Source of the DNA: a virus | Taxonomy: Duplodnaviria > Caudoviricetes | Virus record (IMG/VR): IMGVR_UViG_3300032116_000002 | Strand: one strand, 5' to 3' | DNA length: 64,000 bases | Part shown: positions 57,501-64,000 of the stretch, piece by piece | Position numbering within the stretch: position 1 is the first letter of the stretch | Layout: each line of letters opens with the position of its first letter | The notes under the pieces: generated by a model | The model's database searches: none | What the model was told of the DNA's origin: nothing | What the model saw: only the letters and a program-made list of their open reading frames with translations | Translations under genes and position numbers: made by a program

Positions 57501-59759
57501 ACTTCCGTCACCAACAAAGAAGTTTGCTACAGCAATATTACCTAAATTAGCATTTTGTGCTGAAACATTCCCTGATACTGTTAGTGAAGTTAATGTGCCA
57601 ACACTTGTAATATTAGGTTGTGCTGCATTGGTAACTGTATTTGCTGTATTAGCGTGATTTGCTTGTGTAGCATTGCCTGCAAAATTTGCGTAGTTGGCGT
57701 TTGCTACAGTACCTACTATATTAGCTGCCTGTAAATCTGTTAGATAATAACCATTGCCTGAGAAAAAATTAGCTTGTACAAAATTACCTAGGCTAGCATT
57801 ACCGGATATAATATTACCGGATACGGATAGATTAGTTAGTGTACCAACACTTGTAATATTAGGTTGATTAGCGAATACAACTGTATTTGCAAAACTGGCT
57901 AAATTAGCAAAGTTAGCAGCATTTGAATGCCATGAGTGATTAGCGTTGGCAACTAAACCGACAACATTTGGCCCTGCTGTATATGTTAAGAAATAACCAT
58001 TTGCGTCTATAAAGTTAGCCTTAACCATGTTACCTAAATTAGCATTACCTGCTGTTAGGTTACCTGTTATGTCTAATCTTACTAATGTACCTAAACTTGT
58101 AATATTAGGTTGATCTGCTACTGTGACATTTCCTGCAAAGTTTGCGTTGTTAGCCTGACCTGAATAGGTAGCAAAGTTAGCATTTGGAACTTCGCTTACG
58201 TTCGCGCCTGTTATATTAGATAAGTGTGATCCGTTACCTACAAATAAATTACCAGTAATTACATTACCTGAAATATTACCTGTGACTGCTAAACTTGTTA
58301 ATGTGCCAACGCTTGTAATATTTGGTTGTTCTGCACCTAATACATGTGTAGCGTAATGAGATGAATTAGCATTTGATGCATTTGCTACCGTGCCAGTAAC
58401 ATTAGCACCTGTGATGTTTGATAGTTGATAACCATCACCTATAAAATATGCTGCTGTTACGTCATCAACAAAGGTTGCTTCATCACCAGTTATTATACCA
58501 TCAACATTTAATCCTGTTAATGTGCCAACACTTGTAATATTTGGCTGTGCCCCTATTGTTACTGTTTCTGCTGTATTAGCGTAGTTTGTATAAAGAGCAT
58601 AGTTAGCATTTGCAACTGTGCCTACAACATTAGGTCCTTTAATATTTGATAGATAACCGCCGTCTCCTACTAAAAAATTAGCAACAGCAGCGTTTCCTAA
58701 ATTACTTGTACCTAAAACTGTTAGATTACCTAAACTACCAACTGTAGTAATATTTGGTTGATTTGATGCAGTTACATTTCCTGCAAAGCTTGCGTAATTT
58801 CCGTATTGAGCAAAGTTAGCATTCGCTACGATTCCTGTAACGTTACCGCCTTCTATCTCAGTAATACCTACACCGTTACCTATAAAGTTTTGGGCTGTAA
58901 TGTTACCTAAATTATGAATGATTACTTCATTATTAGTTAGCGATATATTACTGGCAAAAGTATACCCATTAGCATTACTGTCCCAACCCATAAAACCTTT
59001 AAGGGGGATACCATCATAGTAATGAACTAATATACCGCGGTTGATATAATCATTTGCTACTAATGCGCCACCAAATGGATCACCACCTAATTCTAGTATA
59101 GGATCTTTAACATTTAATGTTTGTACGTTTGAATATATTGCGGTACCTTGAACAACTAGATTACCGTTAATTGTTGCATCGCCTTGAACTAGTAATGATG
59201 AATTCGCTACCAAAGCCTCTGCTAAAAGATTACCTGTAACATTAAGCTGCTCTAAATTACCAACGTTGGTAATATTTGGTTGACTGTTACCAATAACGAA
59301 TTGAGTTGTGTTAGCTGCTAATGAGTTTAGTGTAACGTTTGCAAATGCTGCGTAGTTTGCATTTGCAACTACACCAACAACGTTTGCTCCTGTTATACCT
59401 GAAAGTTTACTACCATCTCCCGCAAATGCGATAGCGTTTACTGTACCTGTTGTAGGATCGTATGTAAAGTTATTGTCACCGCTGAATGCAGAAGTGTTGT
59501 TATATTGTACTGCAAGATTTGGACCTCTTGCATAAGGTAAATCAACATTAGCAAAAACTAATGTTCCTGATCCATCAGTTTGCAGATATTGACCTGCGTT
59601 ACCACCAGTAATAGTTAAGTTGCCGATTATACCTAAATCAACAGCACCAGTAGCCTGCAGGCTGTTAGCCGTAATATTAGCATTACGATCAATAACGTCT
59701 ATAGCAGGATATGCTCCTACTGAAAAACCTGCTTCTGAATTAAATTTAGTTAATGCCAT
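54579..59759 (-). CDS. Very long fibre protein (1726 aa)
   Basis: Eleven QPNIT repeats with G.NV...V.NAN(Y/F)A spacers, two DRG..H.Y..WD.N modules, GDQWY module, shared head domain. Confidence 0.8.
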   Translation of the reverse strand: MALTKFNSEAGFSVGAYPAIDVIDRNANITANSLQATGAVDLGIIGNLTITGGNAGQYLQTDGSGTLVFANVDLPYARGPNLAVQYNNTSAFSGDNNFTYDPTTGTVNAIAFAGDGSKLSGITGANVVGVVANANYAAFANVTLNSLAANTTQFVIGNSQPNITNVGNLEQLNVTGNLLAEALVANSSLLVQGDATINGNLVVQGTAIYSNVQTLNVKDPILELGGDPFGGALVANDYINRGILVHYYDGIPLKGFMGWDSNANGYTFASNISLTNNEVIIHNLGNITAQNFIGNGVGITEIEGGNVTGIVANANFAQYGNYASFAGNVTASNQPNITTVGSLGNLTVLGTSNLGNAAVANFLVGDGGYLSNIKGPNVVGTVANANYALYTNYANTAETVTIGAQPNITSVGTLTGLNVDGIITGDEATFVDDVTAAYFIGDGYQLSNITGANVTGTVANASNANSSHYATHVLGAEQPNITSVGTLTSLAVTGNISGNVITGNLFVGNGSHLSNITGANVSEVPNANFATYSGQANNANFAGNVTVADQPNITSLGTLVRLDITGNLTAGNANLGNMVKANFIDANGYFLTYTAGPNVVGLVANANHSWHSNAANFANLASFANTVVFANQPNITSVGTLTNLSVSGNIISGNASLGNFVQANFFSGNGYYLTDLQAANIVGTVANANYANFAGNATQANHANTANTVTNAAQPNITSVGTLTSLTVSGNVSAQNANLGNIAVANFFVGDGSNLSLINGANVSEVPNANFASYSEQANNANYATSAVTAGTVTTAAQPNITSVGTLTDLTVTGNITTGNLVSLLDVTAVNYFGNAYNLFDINGANVSEVPNANFATYSGQADNANTAVKVTSSSQPNITSVGSLVDLDVIGNISVGNINDAETITATFFVGSGASLSDINGANVSEVANANYATYSGQADNANTAGTITASSQPNITSVGTLTSLSVTGNVSAGNVLGGNAVSANYFVGNGAFLTGVITGIDDTIANGNSNITIFETSVGLSANGVANVMLIGKDTVDVIGSITATGDITVDNVISNLITGTLTTSAQPNITTVGTLDELTVDGNVTANYFIGNVVGNIQGTLQAPGGNTQIPFNQNGNLGATDKLQFNYATNTLSVIGNISTSNNLTRDSKVVTTFVSQPTAPTNAKMGDQWYDTDNDVIYQYIYNGTTFAWIDISSGFTSSDANAIPQTLALRDDEANLKANGFVGNTIQVTDAVVTGNLTVSGNITYVSTTNIDVKDPIIELGGGPNGAALTQNDGYDRGSLLHLYQGSNTVDAFMGWDNSNAEFTLASNVTLDNNVVTINQLGNIRAAYFIGDGSQLANIPASAVQGGVASVDANITSIVPGSAIGVSMDYSDPLFPAGKFMIYQLGPVSLTVTNNWQSSSLSSKNAYANFLASSINTSNVRMTFSLANAVFNVQSTDTITIGGSVVTGANLLAIGITGNSGTYTIPSDYFAASVQTNATSTVSANLTTSRGVYTGSGTTLTTAQPVAYNVNSITGSFPVSSVPYWNLNQSFNWSVSVTGTTASGNLTYSGGVVTTTSLSSTGQTSGTSGSINSTSSYTITTNDYTGAGLNGYGTRTIPNTVNGTVNAATKYYPLFWKITANSTLPTFTVTDSRNNNNFAINQSANTSTTVSDYLWMAVPNSGNAATLQSRTFKHIFGGFDIIDTPTVTGTQTISANGESYNYSIYGFSGFSQTSSIIVTS

Positions 59760-59765
59760 TTAATT

Positions 59766-62057
59766 TTAAATTGTCCTATATTGTGTAGTCCAATTAGTAG
59801 AGTTACTACTGCTTGGTGTAACTATTAATTGTAAAAATCCTGCTGCTAATCTAACACTTAATGCACCTGTTGCCCCACCTAAATTAACAGCTCCGTATTT
59901 TGAAAATTCTACAGAAGTACCATTGTGTACGGCAGATATAGACTCAACGCTATATTTAGCACCCGAATTTTCTTCACCTTTTATGAAAAATTCTGCCCCT
60001 CTGATATCAGCTATTGGTATACTAGCGATTACTTGATTAAGCGCAGTTGATGAAGTTGTAACAGTTGCGTGTCCAACTTTAGTAATACCTAATACAAACT
60101 CAGAACCTGATATTGTATTTGCTAATAATGTGCCATTAACTTCCGCAGTGTTTGATGTGACTGTAAGTACATTAGCGTTTCCATTAACACTTATGGTTAC
60201 ATTACTGTTTTCGTTGACTTTTACGTTACTGGTACCGTTAAATAATTCGTCTGTAATCGGTGTTGTGTAATATATTGAACCAGCACCATTTGTTGTTAAT
60301 ACCTGACCATCTGTGCCAGGTGTCGTTGGATATAATGTATTTGCTATTCTTAATGCTGTAGTATTTGCTACACCAGTTACATTTAAATTACCATTAACAT
60401 TTAGTCCGGTCAAGTTACCTAAACTTGTAATGTTAGGTTGAGTACCAGTTAAAACTCTGCCCTCAATATTACCTTTGAAAACGTTTGCTCTAATGTTACC
60501 TAAATGATTAGGTATGATAAGTTCGTTTAGTGAGCTTCCTACATTTGAAACTGCTATAAATTCTTGATCCTGAGTTTTCCAACCAAAGAACTGATTTTCT
60601 GGGGCTGTTCCGTCCGATGTGTAGTTTTGTAATAGTAAACCTCTATCTTTACCGTCATACCCTTCTGCGTTAGCACCATTCGTACTACCACCAATTGGTA
60701 TTATAGGATCTTTAATAGCAACAGTGTCTACATTCACATATTTTGTATTACCGTTAACAGTAAGATTTCCTGTAATATTAACATCACCTGTAGCAGTTGT
60801 TGCGCCAGTGACATTTAAATTAGTTGTTGTTACGTTACCATTTGATCTGATATTATTAGTAACTAAGGTATCGCTATCGTTTTTGATAGGCAGATCACCT
60901 AAATATACACCGTCATTAGATAACCATAAATTACTCCAACGATTTTCTTGATTACCTATGACATAGGTGTTACTAACATTAGGTATTAAATTAGAACTTA
61001 TCGTACTGGTAATACTTAAATTACCTACCTGTAAGTTACCCGAAACTGATAAGTCGCTTGCAGATAATGATGCACCAACTGATAAGTTACTTGTTAAAAC
61101 AATTTGATTTGCAGTTATGATATCAGCAGTTACGTTACCGGTAGTAGTTAAATTTCCTGTAACTGAAGTTTCTCCCGCTGATAGATTACCTGTAAAAGAT
61201 CCGGTGTTCGCAGCAATGTTATTGCTTATGTTTAAATTATTTCCAGAATAGTTATTAGCAGCTACATTACCTAAAACAGATAGATTACCAGTCAACTCTT
61301 GATTTAAACCACTTATATTTTGACTAACATTTAAATTAGCAGAATTAATTGTATTACTAGTTATTGAATTACTGGTTATATTGTTGCTATTAACGTTGGC
61401 AAAATTTGCAGTATTACCTGTAATACTATCAGTGTTTATAAACGTGTTAACAGTTAAATTACCTAAATTACCTAATTGTATAATATTAGGCTGATTAGGA
61501 GTTTGTAATGTGCCTATTATATTTTCTGTAGCAATAGACTGTGTTGCACTTATATTTTGTGATTGAATGGTTCCTCTTACGTCTAATACATTTAAATTTT
61601 TATTAAATGTAAACGCATCAGTAGCATCTGCTGTTCCAGTAGTATTAAAAATAACAGAGGTATTGATTCCAGGAACTGTTAAGTTACCTGCGATATTACC
61701 TATAACGTTGCCAAAAAAGTATTGTGCTGAAACATTACCAATTGATGTTATGTTTCCGGCTATAATTGCATTAGCAACGTTTAATGTATTCGATATTGGA
61801 TTAAAAGTAAGTGAATCTGTGGCTCCAAAGTCACCGTTAAGATTATATTGTAACTGATATGTGTTTCCTGCAGGCTGTGCGAAATCGACGGGAGCTCCAT
61901 TAGCATAGCGATAGTCATCTGTGAATATAGAACCTGTTACAACATTGCCTGACAATAAAGCATTACCTGTGGTAATATCGCCATTCGCTAAAATAACTTC
62001 TGTTGGATTTTCCCCTACCGAAAAACCTGCAACCGAGTTAAGGGCTTTAATTGACAT
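59766..62057 (-). CDS. Fibre protein (763 aa, NSVAGFSVG)
   Basis: Asn-rich fibre modules, DGKDRG module, C-terminal IRGAEFFI..HNG..KYG domain. Confidence 0.8.
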   Translation of the reverse strand: MSIKALNSVAGFSVGENPTEVILANGDITTGNALLSGNVVTGSIFTDDYRYANGAPVDFAQPAGNTYQLQYNLNGDFGATDSLTFNPISNTLNVANAIIAGNITSIGNVSAQYFFGNVIGNIAGNLTVPGINTSVIFNTTGTADATDAFTFNKNLNVLDVRGTIQSQNISATQSIATENIIGTLQTPNQPNIIQLGNLGNLTVNTFINTDSITGNTANFANVNSNNITSNSITSNTINSANLNVSQNISGLNQELTGNLSVLGNVAANNYSGNNLNISNNIAANTGSFTGNLSAGETSVTGNLTTTGNVTADIITANQIVLTSNLSVGASLSASDLSVSGNLQVGNLSITSTISSNLIPNVSNTYVIGNQENRWSNLWLSNDGVYLGDLPIKNDSDTLVTNNIRSNGNVTTTNLNVTGATTATGDVNITGNLTVNGNTKYVNVDTVAIKDPIIPIGGSTNGANAEGYDGKDRGLLLQNYTSDGTAPENQFFGWKTQDQEFIAVSNVGSSLNELIIPNHLGNIRANVFKGNIEGRVLTGTQPNITSLGNLTGLNVNGNLNVTGVANTTALRIANTLYPTTPGTDGQVLTTNGAGSIYYTTPITDELFNGTSNVKVNENSNVTISVNGNANVLTVTSNTAEVNGTLLANTISGSEFVLGITKVGHATVTTSSTALNQVIASIPIADIRGAEFFIKGEENSGAKYSVESISAVHNGTSVEFSKYGAVNLGGATGALSVRLAAGFLQLIVTPSSSNSTNWTTQYRTI

Positions 62058-62066
62058 TTCTTTTTG

Positions 62067-62750
62067 TTATCCTTCTTTAACTGTAGTCACCATAATCTTA
62101 TAGGTGATCTGATTAGAAGTCATTGGGCTTACAGTCAGTATGACGTTACCTGTTTCGTTTTTGATTCTAACATCGCATACTCCACCGTTTATATCAATTG
62201 TACCGTATTCAAAATACTCAACGGTGTCACCTAAAACACCTGCAATTAATTTACTAGTTTGTCTTGTGTTAGCAGTTGCATCAGTTGCAACAACAACATA
62301 GTCAATTGAAGATACTGTGTTAGCAGCTATTGTATGTAGGGGCTGTTCTGGTGTGCTACTGTTTGTTGTTGCGTTAAACACTATGGCTTTGCTAAATTCA
62401 AGAGGTCCTACCCCCAACGTAATACTATTTGTTACTAGATTACCATTTAAATTTAAAGTAGCATTTGCATAGTCAAACTTAAAATTATCGTCTGAAAAAA
62501 TTATCCCAGCTTTATTATATACAATACCTTTGTCCGGACCCACAACTGCAAAATCACCAGTAATATTTCCTTGAACGTTTCCAATAAAATTATCCGCACT
62601 TATTGTTCCACTAGTGATAAGATTACCAGACACGTTAACATTTGCAAAGGTTGCGTTTATTGCACTAAGATTACCGTTTGATGTTATGAGTGGTTGAGGA
62701 GGTATACCATATGTATAACCGCCTGCTGAGTTAAATGGTTCTGCTGCCAT
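62067..62750 (-). CDS. Short fibre or decoration protein (227 aa, NSAGGYTYG)
   Basis: First gene after the capsid terminator; shares N- and C-terminal motifs with the 763 aa protein. Confidence 0.75.
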   Translation of the reverse strand: MAAEPFNSAGGYTYGIPPQPLITSNGNLSAINATFANVNVSGNLITSGTISADNFIGNVQGNITGDFAVVGPDKGIVYNKAGIIFSDDNFKFDYANATLNLNGNLVTNSITLGVGPLEFSKAIVFNATTNSSTPEQPLHTIAANTVSSIDYVVVATDATANTRQTSKLIAGVLGDTVEYFEYGTIDINGGVCDVRIKNETGNVILTVSPMTSNQITYKIMVTTVKEG

Positions 62751-62783
62751 GAATTCTTCCGTAAAAAATATAGTAATATACTT

Positions 62784-62791
62784 TATTTATC
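62784..62791 (-). promoter_or_regulatory. Putative late promoter GATAAATA
   Basis: Between the capsid terminator and the ATG at 62750 (34 nt upstream). Confidence 0.6.
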
Positions 62792-62824
62792 TCTATTTTG
62801 GCTTTATATGTTACGCAACATAAC

Positions 62825-62848
62825 AAAAAAGCGCACCGAAGTGCGCTT
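62825..62848 (-). terminator. Rho-independent terminator with C(UUCG)G tetraloop
   Basis: Minus strand AAGCGCAC-TTCG-GTGCGCTTTTTT, ~35 nt after the capsid stop. UUCG-capped terminators are typical of T4-like phages. Confidence 0.9.
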
Positions 62849-62882
62849 CCTTGTTCTTCCCATCCCGATTGAGAATAAAAGA

Positions 62883-64000
62883 TTATTGGAATGTTAGGTT
62901 GCTTACTGCGATTTCACCAACATAGTCAGCCGCGTTACCGAAGCTTGATGCAGTGTTAGTTAACTCAATATAACCATAACGAGTCATGAAGCTAACTACT
63001 GGCTCAAATGTTGATGGATCTAGAACAACACCACTGCTCATCAATGGAATGTATGGGCAATAGAATGCTGCTGCGTCAGTTTCGCTTGATCCTTTGTAAC
63101 CAACTAGTACTGGAGTTGTGTCAGGAGCATAGCTATCAACAAACACACGCATAGCACCATTCAATGTACCAACAAACTTAGTGTTTGTAGGAGCTTCGAA
63201 TGTACCTTCTGTTGTACGTGCAAATGCTGAAGTTGTAGCTGACTGTAGAACAGTCAATGCTGCTGAGCTAACAACTGCCCAGTTACCAGCGCCACGACGT
63301 GTACGCTGAGCGATTAAGTTAGCAACACGGTTGATTAGAACAGCTAATGCAGCGTGTTCGTCACCAACATAAGTAGCTGTACCGCTTACTGTAGCTTGGT
63401 TGAATGTAAATTCAGTTGTTGCTAATGTACGTAGTGATAGCAAGATTTCCTGATCGATTTCAGCAGTAATTTCTTGTGCTAACGCTGCCATAATTTCTGC
63501 TTCAACGTCAATACCATGCTGGCTTTGAGCGTCTTGTGCAGCTTCGAATGTCCAACGAGCTTGTAGCTTACGTGACTTAGCTTCAACAGCCTGACGTAAG
63601 ATTTGTACGCTGATTTGCTTACCGCCGTTACCTTCTAAAGCAGCAGTATCGTTACCAGTGTAACCACTTGTTGATGAATCACCTGACTTAGCACGTGAAT
63701 ATGCTTGAGCAATCTTGAATGGTGATAGTGCTTCTTCACCTGCAACAACGCTTGTACCTGCTGCGCTGTTGTCTGTTAAGCTGTTTGCATAACGTACACG
63801 TAGTGTATGAATTTGGCCTACTGGACCAGTCATTGGCTGAACGCCGACTAGTTCATTAGCGATAACAGTAGGCATCACACGACGGATAACCGGTAGAATT
63901 ACACGGTTTAATGTAGCGATGTTACCAGCTGTTGTTGTACCTGCTGAACTTTCAGCAAGTAGTTGCTTGCGAGTGTTTTCTAAAAGAACACCCATTGTTG
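62883..64000 (-). CDS. gp23: Major capsid protein, T4 gp23-like (5' end probably outside the window)
   Basis: PVIRRVMPTVIANELVGVQPMTGP, AKSRKLQARWTFEAAQD, AAFYCPYIPL and FMTRYG are gp23-family signatures. The frame stays open upstream of the listed Met at 63995. Confidence 0.95.
   Translation of the reverse strand, partial: TMGVLLENTRKQLLAESSAGTTTAGNIATLNRVILPVIRRVMPTVIANELVGVQPMTGPVGQIHTLRVRYANSLTDNSAAGTSVVAGEEALSPFKIAQAYSRAKSGDSSTSGYTGNDTAALEGNGGKQISVQILRQAVEAKSRKLQARWTFEAAQDAQSQHGIDVEAEIMAALAQEITAEIDQEILLSLRTLATTEFTFNQATVSGTATYVGDEHAALAVLINRVANLIAQRTRRGAGNWAVVSSAALTVLQSATTSAFARTTEGTFEAPTNTKFVGTLNGAMRVFVDSYAPDTTPVLVGYKGSSETDAAAFYCPYIPLMSSGVVLDPSTFEPVVSFMTRYGYIELTNTASSFGNAADYVGEIAVSNLTFQ

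Noticed and set aside
38227-59759. Recurring ~25 nt sequence (actagtaatattaggttgtgc and variants) as a CRISPR array
   Set aside because: The copies are degenerate, irregularly spaced and in frame, and encode QPNITS. No cas genes are present.
4318-59759. Bacterial adhesin, autotransporter or S-layer island
   Set aside because: No signal peptides, beta-barrel or secretion genes were seen. The region is contiguous with a gp23 capsid gene and T4-type signals.
1720-62103. Many 60-190 aa plus-strand ORFs and nested minus-strand ORFs in the track
   Set aside because: All lie inside long minus-strand genes. The Val/Leu/Pro-rich translations are what antisense reading of Asn/Thr/Gly codons gives.
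63993-63995. Listed Met as the true capsid protein start
   Set aside because: The frame is open to the window edge and gp23-like proteins usually have additional N-terminal residues. The true start cannot be seen here.
76-64000. Alternative genetic code (stop recoding, as in some huge phages)
   Set aside because: ORFs up to 1849 aa are open and tile the window under the standard code, and TAG and TGA both appear as apparent stops.

Overview
The window is part of a large T4-like (gp23-type capsid) tailed phage genome, probably a jumbo myovirus. All credible genes lie on the minus strand. Transcription runs from the major capsid protein gene (5'-truncated at the right edge), through a C(UUCG)G terminator, into about 62.7 kb of tightly packed virion fibre, decoration and adhesin genes that continue off the left edge. 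No replication, metabolic, tRNA, CRISPR or mobile-element genes were seen. The main observation is an internal grammar in this locus. Six cassettes each contain a variable-length Asn/Gly/Thr-rich shaft protein ending in a short hydrophobic tail, then a paralogous 109-123 aa adaptor (MA(N/A)PN family), then one or more tip genes (multi-LamG lectin-like or Gly-rich proteins, several sharing an RYxGG N-terminal peptide). A late-promoter-like ATAAATA/CTAAATA motif sits just upstream of the shaft gene in five cassettes and of the adaptor in the sixth. Other observations are about 28 LamG-like domains on a colinear scaffold, two copies of a cupredoxin-like domain with a type-1 copper ligand set inside a 1.3 kb direct repeat, a clean LamG insertion into a 77 aa scaffold, and a deletion-remnant gene. 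Functional interpretations are inferences from sequence only; no database searches or structure predictions were run, and domain boundaries and counts are by eye.
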